DNA from: Planctomycetota bacterium
Lineage (GTDB): Bacteria > Planctomycetota > PUPC01 > JACPCR01
Assembly (NCBI GenBank): GCA_027625095.1
Contig: JAQBXN010000005.1
Location: forward strand, 22,959 to 86,958
DNA length: 64,000 nt
Reading direction: 5' to 3'
Numbering within the stretch: the first letter of the stretch is position 1; every line of letters starts with the position of its first letter. Shown piece by piece: positions 27,294 through 35,942 of the stretch. The notes below the pieces were generated by a model. The model was not told the DNA's origin. It made no database searches and saw only the letters and a list, made by a program, of their open reading frames with translations. Both the position numbers and the translations under genes were made by a program.

Positions 27294-27527
27294 ATGAAAC
27301 TCAGTATCGAATACTGCATGCAGTGAAACTACGCACCTAAAGCTGCCAGTATGGCAGAAGCACTTATGGTCGAGTTTAGAAAAGGTTTCGAATCGCTCAC
27401 CCTGATTCCCAGCGGCGGAGGCTGCTTTGAAATCAAGGCAGGCAACGAGCTCCTCTTCAGCAAGCTCAAGGAAGATCGGTTTCCGGAGGCGGAGGAAGTT
27501 AAGGAGCTGATTCGAGCGAAACTGTAA
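27294..27527 (+). CDS. SelW/Rdx-family selenoprotein (CxxU) with in-frame UGA = Sec at 27324-27326
   Basis: AGGAGA (27284-27289) then ATG 27294. Read-through translation: MKLSIEYCMQ-U-NYAPKAASMAEALMVEFRKGFESLTLIPSGGGCFEIKAGNELLFSKLKEDRFPEAEEVKELIRAKL, ending at TAA 27525-27527. The IEYCxxU, PSGGGxFEI and SK...RFPE blocks are Rdx family hallmarks. A hairpin lies 16 nt after the UGA and an intrinsic terminator follows the stop. Not in the ORF track because the UGA splits it into pieces under 60 aa. Confidence 0.8.
27343..27357 (+). promoter_or_regulatory. Candidate bacterial SECIS hairpin
   Basis: CTGCCA-GTA-TGGCAG is a perfect 6-bp stem (or a 5-bp stem with AGUAU loop) starting 16 nt downstream of UGA 27324-27326, inside the coding frame. 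A lower stem with bulges (27336-27342 / 27363-27369) is possible. Confidence 0.5.
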
Positions 27528-27553
27528 ACATTGAAAACAGCTTCCGAAGTACG

Positions 27554-27594
27554 AAAGGCCGTCCCGGTACAACACCCGGGCGGCCTTTTTCTTT
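27554..27594 (+). terminator. Rho-independent terminator of the selenoprotein gene
   Basis: AAAGGCCG(T)CCCGG - 8-nt loop - CCGGGCGGCCTTT, followed by TTTTTCTTT. About 10 G-C pairs with one bulge. Lies 27 nt after the TAA. Confidence 0.75.
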
Positions 27595-27774
27595 GCTGAC
27601 CGGAACTGAGATAGAATGCCAGGAGGATTCAGGCTGGCAGGACGCCGGTGTCCCCCAGAAATTCCTCACAACACGCGGAAGAGTCGCCAAGTCCTCAAAA
27701 TGCCCTCCCTGAACCCTGAATTCTGAACCCTCTATAATCTTGGAAACTTCAACCAGATAACCAACATTGATAGC

Positions 27775-28956
27775 ATGACTAATCCATCGACAGCATTCAG
27801 AACAACCGCGCTCGTCTTGGCCATCGCCTTTGCCACTGACCTGGCCACAGCGGGGAGCACGAGCAGACGGTGCGGGAAGGGCTTTGTTGAACAGGTGAAT
27901 GGATGCACGGTCCTCCACCTGAAAGGAACGCCCTATGAGATGGGTTATCAGCATGGCGCACTGTTGAAAGCCAACGTCAAAGAGTCATTCGCTGCCCTGC
28001 AGGAACTTTCAAGAAGAATCCGGTTGCCGCAATTTGGATACGAGTTCACCCCAACCAATGTCATTGCATTGATTATTGACATCCAGACGAAATACCTGCC
28101 AGCCGGATATAGAGAAGAAATCCAGGGCCTGGCGGATGGCGCCGGAATCAGCGAAGAACTCGCATTCCGAATGAATTTCATTCCGGAACTATTCCATTGC
28201 AGTGGCTTCGCCATCATGAACTCTGCCACCAGAGGCGGCACCTTATATCACGGTAGAGTGCTTGATTACGCAACGGATTGGGGGCTCCAGAAACACGGTG
28301 TACTCATTGTGTCGGAACCGGACGGGAAGATTCCCTTCGTGAATGTTTCATTCGCCGGTTTCGTGGGCTCTGTTACCGGAATGAACGCGGAGCACATTTC
28401 AATCGGCGAGATGGGCGGTCACGGCCTTGGTCAATGGAACGGTGTGCCGATGGCTGCGCTGGTTCGCCGGGCCCTCGAAGAGTCAAAATCAGTGGACGAT
28501 GCGGTAGCCATTTTCAGGGACAGCTCTCGAACCTGCGAGTACTACTACGTTGTAGCAGATGGAAAAAGCAATGAAGCCGTTGGAATGGAAGCGTCGGCAA
28601 ACAAATTCGCCGTCCTGAAACCGGGGGAATTCCACCCAATGCTCCCAAGTCCTATTCAAGACTGCGTAATCATGTCCGCAGATCGTCGCTACAGGAAACT
28701 CGTCAGTTGGGTAAAGGGCGGACACGGCGACTTCGATGAAAAGTCAGCCTTGGAACTTATGAACTGTCCTGTAGCCATGAAGCGCCAGAACCTTCACAAC
28801 GTATTGTTTGAGCCCAAATCGACGCGATTCTGGTATTCGCTTGCCAGCGAAGATCGAAAACCCGCCGCCAGTCAACCTTACCAGGCTTTTCAATTGACGG
28901 AACTTCTTAAGCGTCGGCCACCCGAGGGTGTGGAAGAGATAGCCCTGCGAAAGTGA
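27775..28956 (+). CDS. Exported peptidase C45 family (acyl-CoA:6-APA acyltransferase-like, Ntn hydrolase) protein
   Basis: 393 aa with signal peptide. GTPYEMGYQHGALLK and the candidate nucleophile region LFHCSGFAIM are typical of the C45 family. Confidence 0.7.
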   Translation: MTNPSTAFRTTALVLAIAFATDLATAGSTSRRCGKGFVEQVNGCTVLHLKGTPYEMGYQHGALLKANVKESFAALQELSRRIRLPQFGYEFTPTNVIALIIDIQTKYLPAGYREEIQGLADGAGISEELAFRMNFIPELFHCSGFAIMNSATRGGTLYHGRVLDYATDWGLQKHGVLIVSEPDGKIPFVNVSFAGFVGSVTGMNAEHISIGEMGGHGLGQWNGVPMAALVRRALEESKSVDDAVAIFRDSSRTCEYYYVVADGKSNEAVGMEASANKFAVLKPGEFHPMLPSPIQDCVIMSADRRYRKLVSWVKGGHGDFDEKSALELMNCPVAMKRQNLHNVLFEPKSTRFWYSLASEDRKPAASQPYQAFQLTELLKRRPPEGVEEIALRK

Positions 28957-29023
28957 TGAATTACCGTGTTCTCGTAGGGCCACAACGAAAAATTAATGCT
29001 GCTGCAAAGCGTCAGGCCCACAC

Positions 29024-29395
29024 TTACGGCTTAATCCGGCTCAGAATGATCTGCGGAAAACGCGGGTCACTCCTCACATTATCAAGATCCGGATCCTGAA
29101 GCATGTCGTCGAAATTCGAATACCCCAGGTCAACAGCCTTTTCCAAAGCATCGAAAGAAGCATCAATATCCCGGAGTAAAGAAAGGGAGCACGCGAGGTT
29201 GTAGTAGACAATTTTGTCGTACGGACGAAGCTCGAGGAGTCGCCGGTCTATTTCCAGTCCCTTCTTGAATTGTTTTAGTTGTGTGTATGCGTAACCAAGC
29301 GCCATCAGGGGCTCTTCAAAACCTGGTGAACGCTTGATCACCCCTTCAAGGAATTCGACTTCAAACTCAAGTTCTTCTCTTTCTTCACTTGTCAT
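29024..29395 (-). CDS. Small TPR-repeat protein
   Basis: 123 aa. TPR-like helices (ALGYAYTQLKQFKKGLEIDRRLLELRPYDKIVYYNLACSLSLL) and a C-terminal helical cap. Confidence 0.6.
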   Translation of the reverse strand: MTSEEREELEFEVEFLEGVIKRSPGFEEPLMALGYAYTQLKQFKKGLEIDRRLLELRPYDKIVYYNLACSLSLLRDIDASFDALEKAVDLGYSNFDDMLQDPDLDNVRSDPRFPQIILSRIKP

Positions 29396-29590
29396 CGGAG
29401 TGGGGGTATGTGAGGTCGGAAGGGGAGAGGAATACGTTGTCAGTACACAGGCGTCAGCAATAGTAATATCAGTCCATTCGACAACAAAATGATTCTAAAA
29501 TGCATCTGACCATGTTCAAGCGTGAGCCACTTTTGATGCTGGGAGTCCTCGTCTTATAATCCTCACTGCACGTCCCTCCTGAGACCATCC

Positions 29591-31156
29591 ATGAAGGCTG
29601 AAATCAAAATCATAGCAGGCAGAGAAGCAGGCCAGGTCTTCTCTGTCGGTGAGGGAGACACGCTGACCATCGGACGCAGCCTGGATAATCAGATCAGCAT
29701 CCTTGATGAAAAGTCTTCCCGCTGTCACTGCAAAGTCGAACACACTGGGGACGCTATCCTACTGATTGATCTCAACAGTTTGAACGGCACTTATCTGAAC
29801 GGCCGTTCCATCGCCCGGCGGCATCTCACTCACGGGGATCGTTTTAAGGTCGGCTCTTCACATTTTGAGATCCTGTTTGAAGGCAAATCGGCCCCCATAC
29901 GTGGCCTCATGTTGTTGCTGCTGCCGTTGACGCTTTCCTTCAAAGTACTCAGAGTCATCCCAGCGATTCTTGGAAGTCAATTTGTTACCAGATTGATGCC
30001 ATTCGCCGTTGCCGCATCCGTGATACTTGCGGCCTGGTCGGTCGGTGTGACATGGATGGCGGGTAAGAGCACCGTGACCGTGCATTCAAACCCTGTCTCC
30101 GCGATGGTTTTTATTGATGGTGAGTATGCCGGACAGACACCGGTAGAAGGCATCGAGCTGGAACGTGGCATGCACCTGGTGAAGGTGCAGAAACACGGGT
30201 ATGAAATTTTCAAGGAAACGGTCGACCTCGGCATGAAGGCCCACGAAGTCAACGCGACACTGCCGCCACTGCCGACGGGTAACATTGAAGTTGCAAGCAA
30301 ACCTGCCGGGGCTGAGGTCTATCTCGACGGCGAGTTCCAGGGCAAGACCCCAAGGACCTTGAACAACCTGGAAATGGGTGAACACGTTTTGCGCCTTGTT
30401 CTTTTCGAGCATCTCAGCATCCAGGAAAAAATAACGGTTTCTTCACCCGAGCTGACCAAGCAAAGTTACGAAATGAAGGAAGAGATGGTGCAATTCTACG
30501 AAGACCATCTTTCTCGGGAGCCTAACGACGCTTCCGCTCTCTCCGATCTGGCCCACCTGCACATTCTTGCCCTTCGATTCGATCAGGCGATCGAATCCCT
30601 CGAAAGCGCGTATCTCGCCGTGAATGAAGGCAAAGATACCAGTGATTATTCACGCCGACTCGATCAGGAAGTGCAGAAAGCTTATCGCGTCGATCATTAT
30701 GACTACGGCGATTACAACGACATCGCCAGACTCCGCACGATGCTTGAGGAATTGCTGGAGCGTGTAGTCGAGCGTTTCCCGACTCAGGAAAACCAGAAGA
30801 ACCTCGTAGGCTTTTATCAGCAGGCCGGGCGAGCGGATAAGATCACGGCCTTGTACGCCAAGCTCTATGAGAAATATCCAAACGTATGGGATAACGCGAA
30901 AAACTACGGATCGAGCCTCCTGAACGCTGGCAATTACACGGAAGCCAAGCAGGTTTTCGACAAGGCACGCCGCAATTCCGGCCATTGGGAAGTCCACTAT
31001 TATTACGGGGTAGCCTGCCTGGAGGCGAACCCCACCTCTGCAACGGCTAAAGAGGAAGCAAAAGAAAGCCTCGAGAAGGCTCTCAGAGGTTGCACCGAGC
31101 CAAGGGATCGAACAAAAGTCGAGGCTCAAATCAAACGGGCGGAACGCCGTAATTAG
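29591..31156 (+). CDS. FHA domain - TM - PEGA x2 - TPR multidomain protein
   Basis: FHA domain: LTIGRSLDNQISILDEKSSRCHCKV...LIDLNSLNGTYLNGRSI...GDRFKVGSSHFEI. Hydrophobic helices around aa 105-165. Two PEGA-like domains: VTVHSNPVSAMVFIDGEYAGQTP...HLVKVQKHGY and IEVASKPAGAEVYLDGEFQGKTP...HVLRLV. TPR-like C-terminus. Confidence 0.8.
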   Translation: MKAEIKIIAGREAGQVFSVGEGDTLTIGRSLDNQISILDEKSSRCHCKVEHTGDAILLIDLNSLNGTYLNGRSIARRHLTHGDRFKVGSSHFEILFEGKSAPIRGLMLLLLPLTLSFKVLRVIPAILGSQFVTRLMPFAVAASVILAAWSVGVTWMAGKSTVTVHSNPVSAMVFIDGEYAGQTPVEGIELERGMHLVKVQKHGYEIFKETVDLGMKAHEVNATLPPLPTGNIEVASKPAGAEVYLDGEFQGKTPRTLNNLEMGEHVLRLVLFEHLSIQEKITVSSPELTKQSYEMKEEMVQFYEDHLSREPNDASALSDLAHLHILALRFDQAIESLESAYLAVNEGKDTSDYSRRLDQEVQKAYRVDHYDYGDYNDIARLRTMLEELLERVVERFPTQENQKNLVGFYQQAGRADKITALYAKLYEKYPNVWDNAKNYGSSLLNAGNYTEAKQVFDKARRNSGHWEVHYYYGVACLEANPTSATAKEEAKESLEKALRGCTEPRDRTKVEAQIKRAERRN

Positions 31157-31226
31157 TGGCGAGTTATCCCAGACAGGTTAAACCGCGGCCACATTCAGGC
31201 GCTCTCCCCTACCGTACCCCACTGCG

Positions 31227-32480
31227 ATGACGGCGACCGACATCAAGGCACAATACAAAGGCCGAATTTTCTACGGGTGGTTCATGCTGCCCATTGCAGT
31301 AATTGCCCAAATCTGCACGGGGCCGGGGCAATCGTATGGCCTCACCCATTTTTATTCGTCATTCGAGACAGGGCTTTCACTCAGCAACTCACAGATTACC
31401 GGAGCATACATGTGCGGTACACTCCTGGGTTGCGTGCCCCTCGCCTTTGTAGGTGGCCTTATAGACCGCCGCGGTATTCGCCGGACCATGGCACAGGTGG
31501 TTGTCTTATTTGGCATTGCCTGCTTCTTTGCTTCACAGATTACAGGCCTGTTCTCACTCTTCCTTGCATTTCTGTTTCTGAGGATGCTCGGGCAGGCGTC
31601 TCTCTCGCTATGTGCAGCCAACATTCTTCCCATGTGGTTCCGGCAGAAGCTCGGCATCGCTACCGGCATAAAGAATCAGGCATTTCCACTGAGCCTCTTG
31701 ATTGTTCCCCAGTTCATTCAGTTCATCATCCTGGAGATGGGCTGGAGAAATGCCTTTATGACTCTCGGGGTTCTCGTCTGGGTGATTTTACTTCCAATAC
31801 TCGCCACTGTTTTCAAAAACAGTCCTGAAGACAATGGAGAGCATCAGGACGGTGAACTACCCCAAACTGCCGACGAGTCCGCGGCATTATCCGATCTGAG
31901 TCTGACACTGGAAGAAGCCCGGAAAGAACGCTCCTACTGGATTCTCCTTACCTTGAACGGAATTTGGGGAATGGTGTCAACCGCCATCATTTTCTGTGCG
32001 GTGCCACTCATCAAGAACAAAGGTTTTGAGGCCGATGTCGTGAACCACATGTTCACAACTTTTGCATTCAGCAGTGCTGTCGCCCTGTTCCTCGGGGGGA
32101 TTCTGGTCAACAGAATTCCCCTGCACTTTATGATGTCCGTCGCCCTTGGCGCGATGACGGTTGGAACTATCTTCGTGCTCGTCGCTGATTCCGAAATGCA
32201 CATCATTGGCTACGCACTCTCTTTCGGAGGCGGACAGGGATTACTCTCGACCCTCAACGCCGTGATTTGGGTTAGATACTTCGGCCGTGACCATCTTGGA
32301 AGCATCCGTGGCCGCTCGTGGCGGGCAGCAGTGGCGGGAAGTGCCCTGGGCCCGTTCGTCATGGGAGTGGCAAAGGATTGGTATGGCACGTATCAATTCC
32401 CGCTATCTGTCTTTGCCTGCCTTATGGGGTTGTGCGCGCTGACAATCTTGCTGGCCACTGCGCCAGTGAAGAACCATTAG
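31227..32480 (+). CDS. MFS transporter
   Basis: 417 aa with about 12 predicted hydrophobic helices. D-R-x-G-R-R-like loop (GGLIDRRGIRR) between TM2 and TM3. Confidence 0.8.
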   Translation: MTATDIKAQYKGRIFYGWFMLPIAVIAQICTGPGQSYGLTHFYSSFETGLSLSNSQITGAYMCGTLLGCVPLAFVGGLIDRRGIRRTMAQVVVLFGIACFFASQITGLFSLFLAFLFLRMLGQASLSLCAANILPMWFRQKLGIATGIKNQAFPLSLLIVPQFIQFIILEMGWRNAFMTLGVLVWVILLPILATVFKNSPEDNGEHQDGELPQTADESAALSDLSLTLEEARKERSYWILLTLNGIWGMVSTAIIFCAVPLIKNKGFEADVVNHMFTTFAFSSAVALFLGGILVNRIPLHFMMSVALGAMTVGTIFVLVADSEMHIIGYALSFGGGQGLLSTLNAVIWVRYFGRDHLGSIRGRSWRAAVAGSALGPFVMGVAKDWYGTYQFPLSVFACLMGLCALTILLATAPVKNH

Positions 32481-32530
32481 TCGATACCCATTGACTCTCC
32501 CGTCACCGTGGGATTAAATCCCCACCACAA

Positions 32531-32567
32531 ACGGGCAAGTCGAATCCTCGGCTGTCCGTGTTTTTTT
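32531..32567 (+). terminator. Candidate rho-independent terminator after the MFS gene
   Basis: ACGGGCA ... TGTCCGT is a 7-bp stem (one G-T pair) with an inner CGA-atcc-TCG helix, followed by G + TTTTTTT (32561-32567). Confidence 0.5.
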
Positions 32568-32605
32568 ATTGGAATTGCGAGTGAATGTCCGGCGGGGCGA
32601 AACCA

Positions 32606-32670
32606 GAGTTGGAGTAAAGCCTTGTAGCGGGTCTTGGGGGCAGACTTGGCTAAAGGCGTTACTCCAACTC
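32606..32670 (+). promoter_or_regulatory. Long imperfect hairpin in the guaA 5' leader (function unknown)
   Basis: GAGTTGGAGTAA (32606-32617) is perfectly complementary to TTACTCCAACTC (32659-32670). The helix continues inward: GCCTT/AAGGC, TAGC/GCTA, GGTCT/AGACT. About 26 bp in total, with a 7-nt apical loop. It ends 40 nt before the GTG start of guaA. Confidence 0.4.
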
Positions 32671-32710
32671 CGTCTCCCTGTCACCGGTACGCATTGGAAA
32701 AGAGTTACTA

Positions 32711-34264
32711 GTGAACCAGTTCGAACACGAATTTGTAGCCATCCTCGATTTCGGTTCGCAGGTAACCCAGCTTATCGCGCGGCGGGTACGTGAACAGAAT
32801 GTTTATTGCGAAATCATTCCCTTCAACGTCTCGCCCGAAGCACTCAAGCGGCGAGGCGCGAGGGGCATTGTTCTGTCCGGTGGCCCGGACAGCGTTTATG
32901 CGGAGAGAGCCCCCAGGTGCAGCGACGAAATCCTGAAACTAGGAATTCCGATTCTTGGCATTTGCTACGGCATGCAGCTCGGTTGTCAGATACTGGGGGG
33001 CGAAGTTACCCCCGCTGAGGCCAGAGAATTCGGCCGGGCCACCTGCAAAGTCGATACATCAAGCCCACTCTTTGATGGATTGGATACAGAACAAACTGTC
33101 TGGATGAGTCATGGCGACCACGTGGCCTCGGTCAGAGATGAATTCAGTGCCATTGCTTCGACGGACAACGCACCCAATGCGGCAGTCAAGCACCGAGACA
33201 CAGACTTCTATGGCGTGCAGTTTCATCCGGAAGTCACCCACACACCCAACGGCAAAGAAATACTGCGTAATTTCCTCTACAAGGTCTGTGGTTGTACAGG
33301 GGATTGGGACATGCAGTCGTATGTCGAACAGGCAACACAACAAGTCAAGGAACAAATTGGCGATGATGGCGTCGTCTGTGGGCTCTCCGGCGGCGTGGAT
33401 TCCTCGGTCGTTGCCCTTCTTCTGCATCGCGCTATCGGCGACCAACTGCACTGCATCTTTGTGAACAACGGGCTCCTTCGTCAAGGCGAATACGAAGAGG
33501 TGTCGGAGATATTCTGCAATCAGTTCCACATGAATTTTCATCCGGTGGATGCAAGTGATCGATTTTTGGATGCACTCAAAGGAGTTTCAGATCCGGAAAA
33601 GAAAAGAAAAATCATCGGTCACGAATTCGTTGCCGTTTTCCAGGACGAGGCGGTGAAACTGCCCAGAAACATCAAGTTTCTTGCTCAAGGCACTCTCTAT
33701 CCGGATGTCATCGAAAGCGTATCGGCCAAGGGTGGCCCTTCCTCCACCATCAAAACTCATCACAACGTCGGCGGACTTCCCGAAGAGTTGGGGTTCGATC
33801 TCGTCGAACCCCTCCGTGAATTATTCAAAGATGAAGTACGCCTGATGGGCAAGGAACTTGGGCTGCCGGATCACTTAATCGAAAGGCATCCCTTCCCTGG
33901 CCCTGGACTCGGCGTCCGGATACTTGGTGACATCACCCGTGAACGCGTCCAGGTACTTCAAGCCGCCGACAAGATCATGATGGATGAAGTTCGTGCGGCC
34001 GGCTGGTATCAGAAACTCTGGCAGGCATTCGCCGTCCTCCTGCCGGTACAAACAGTAGGCGTCATGGGCGATGCCCGCACCTATGAAAACGTTGTCGCTC
34101 TCCGCGCAGTACACAGCACCGACGCCATGACTGCCGACTGGGCTCACCTGCCATACGAACTCCTCGGCAGGATTTCCAACCGCATCATTAATGAAGTCCG
34201 CGGTATCAATCGGGTCTGTTACGACATCAGCAGCAAACCTCCCAGCACAATCGAGTGGGAGTAG
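32711..34264 (+). CDS. guaA: GMP synthase (glutamine-hydrolysing)
   Basis: 517 aa with a GTG start. GATase1 domain ([19 protein letters not shown]..., [15 protein letters not shown]). ATP-pyrophosphatase P-loop ([10 protein letters not shown]). Conserved C-terminus ending PPSTIEWE. Confidence 0.97.
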   Translation: MNQFEHEFVAILDFGSQVTQLIARRVREQNVYCEIIPFNVSPEALKRRGARGIVLSGGPDSVYAERAPRCSDEILKLGIPILGICYGMQLGCQILGGEVTPAEAREFGRATCKVDTSSPLFDGLDTEQTVWMSHGDHVASVRDEFSAIASTDNAPNAAVKHRDTDFYGVQFHPEVTHTPNGKEILRNFLYKVCGCTGDWDMQSYVEQATQQVKEQIGDDGVVCGLSGGVDSSVVALLLHRAIGDQLHCIFVNNGLLRQGEYEEVSEIFCNQFHMNFHPVDASDRFLDALKGVSDPEKKRKIIGHEFVAVFQDEAVKLPRNIKFLAQGTLYPDVIESVSAKGGPSSTIKTHHNVGGLPEELGFDLVEPLRELFKDEVRLMGKELGLPDHLIERHPFPGPGLGVRILGDITRERVQVLQAADKIMMDEVRAAGWYQKLWQAFAVLLPVQTVGVMGDARTYENVVALRAVHSTDAMTADWAHLPYELLGRISNRIINEVRGINRVCYDISSKPPSTIEWE

Positions 34265-34427
34265 GTGGGCGTAATACTTGATTCTTAATGAGGAAGTCTG
34301 TAAGTGATGGCCGGTGTTGTTGAGATGGCGGATTCATGTGGTAGAGATTACGTTCATCTGGGAGAAGCCAAGGCTGCCTAGAAGCGAGATCCGAAATGTA
34401 GGCGGTGGTAGATCTCACTCTCAGAGC

Positions 34428-34453
34428 TTACGAGTTACGCATTACTCATTACG
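34428..34453 (+). repeat. TTAC-phased heptamer tandem repeat in the hisD leader
   Basis: TTACGAG TTACGCA TTACTCA TTACG (3.7 units). Contains CATTACTCATTAC (34440-34452), the same 13-mer found upstream of argC. Ends 18 nt before the hisD ATG. Confidence 0.7.
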
Positions 34454-34471
34454 TCTTCATCACCCCGTCCC

Positions 34472-35833
34472 ATGCCAGCTCTCAACATTGTCCGATACGG
34501 CAGCCCGGAGTCTGAAGCCCCGATTAAGAAGATCCGCGACCGTTTCGGCCTGCAACTTTCCCAGGCATCCGCGGTCGCTACAGAGAAAACTGTTGCTGTA
34601 TTTGGCGAAGCACTCACGCCTGTAGAATGTGTTCGGCGCATCATCGAGGCCGTTCGAGATCGGGGCGATGAAGGGTTGCTGGAGTTCGCATTTAAACTCG
34701 ATGGTCTGCAGAGCACCGCCGATCAGTTGCGTATTCCGGCATCTGAAATCGAAAGTGCACCAGCAAGGATAGACCCCGCGCTGCTCGAAACATTACGATT
34801 GGCCGCATCTAACATCCGTCGCTTCCAGGAACACATCCGCATCCCGGTGCCACCGATGCTTGAGCTTGGAGATCGACAGCTCGGCGTCGTTTACCGGCCC
34901 CTGGACAGCACCGGCATTTACATCCCCGGCGGAAGTGCCGCCTATCCTTCAACGGTATTGATGACCGCTATTCCGGCGGCCGTCGCCGGTGTCAAAAGAA
35001 TTGCCATGGTCTGCCTGCCCGGCCCGGACGGCAAAGCGCTGCCCGAAATACTCGCCGCCGCAAAGGTCGCTGGAGTCACTGAGATCTACAAAGTCGGTGG
35101 CCCCCATGCGATTGCTGCTCTTGCATTCGGCACAGGAACAATCCCACGCGTCGACAAGATCGTCGGGCCCGGCAATCTGTTTGTCACCATCGCCAAACGT
35201 GAAATTCTGGGCATGGCCGGTATTGATATGCTCGCCGGACCAAGTGAGGTGATCGTCCTTGCGGATGAAACGGCCAATCCCGCACACGTGGCAGCAGACC
35301 TCCTGGCCCAGGCTGAGCATGACCCGATTGCCTCTGCGGTTCTGGTAACTCCGTCCGCCAGCCTTGCATCTGCCGTTCAGAAAGAAACAGATCTACAGCT
35401 CGCAAACCTGCCACGGGCCAAGATTGCCGGCACTGCGATCCATGATTACGGACTGGCCGTGGTCGTGAATGACATGAATGAAGGCATTGACGTGGTCAAC
35501 CAATTGGCGCCAGAGCACCTCGAGATCATCGCAAGAGACGAAGAATCAATCCTTGCCGGAATCAACAACGCAGGCGCCATCTTCCTGGGCCCGCACACCC
35601 CTGAGCCGGTAGGTGATTATGTAGCCGGCCCGAGCCATGTTCTTCCAACCGGGGGCACCGCGAGATTCTTTTCAGGACTCAGCGTCAATGATTTCTTAAA
35701 ACGCACCAGCCTCTTGCGGTATCAACCGGAAGCACTGAAAGCAGAAGCCGATCATGTGACTCGTTTCGCATACGCCGAAGGATTGGATGCACACGCCAGG
35801 TCGATAGAGATACGGCAAAATGCGGCAGACTAA
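34472..35833 (+). CDS. hisD: Histidinol dehydrogenase
   Basis: 453 aa. Typical HisD blocks: YIPGGSAAYPSTVLM, GPGNLFVTIAKR, AGPSEV, AQAEHD, APEHLEI, GDYVAGPSHVLPTGGTARF. Confidence 0.95.
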   Translation: MPALNIVRYGSPESEAPIKKIRDRFGLQLSQASAVATEKTVAVFGEALTPVECVRRIIEAVRDRGDEGLLEFAFKLDGLQSTADQLRIPASEIESAPARIDPALLETLRLAASNIRRFQEHIRIPVPPMLELGDRQLGVVYRPLDSTGIYIPGGSAAYPSTVLMTAIPAAVAGVKRIAMVCLPGPDGKALPEILAAAKVAGVTEIYKVGGPHAIAALAFGTGTIPRVDKIVGPGNLFVTIAKREILGMAGIDMLAGPSEVIVLADETANPAHVAADLLAQAEHDPIASAVLVTPSASLASAVQKETDLQLANLPRAKIAGTAIHDYGLAVVVNDMNEGIDVVNQLAPEHLEIIARDEESILAGINNAGAIFLGPHTPEPVGDYVAGPSHVLPTGGTARFFSGLSVNDFLKRTSLLRYQPEALKAEADHVTRFAYAEGLDAHARSIEIRQNAAD

Positions 35834-35877
35834 GTATCGCACTGGCAATACAGACTGTTCGATTCCGGTTTTATTAC

Positions 35878-35910
35878 CCGAAGGCAGTTAAGATTTCCTT
35901 CGGAACTTTT
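35878..35910 (+). terminator. Candidate terminator hairpin after hisD
   Basis: CCGAAGG (35878-35884) / CCTTCGG (35897-35903) with a 12-nt loop, followed by AAC-TTTT. The T tract is weak. Confidence 0.4.
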
Positions 35911-35942
35911 GCGCGTTGTGCGTGTACTACCGTAGCAGCGTC

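Noticed and set aside
27282-27575. 97-aa minus-strand ORF covering the selenoprotein locus
   Set aside because: It is antisense to a much better supported gene (RBS, Rdx-family motifs, hairpin, terminator on the + strand). Its own translation has no recognisable features and would run through the terminator hairpin.
32538-32552. tRNA-like T-loop string (GTCGAATCC)
   Set aside because: No acceptor, D or anticodon arms can be built around it. It is better explained as the inner helix of the MFS terminator hairpin.
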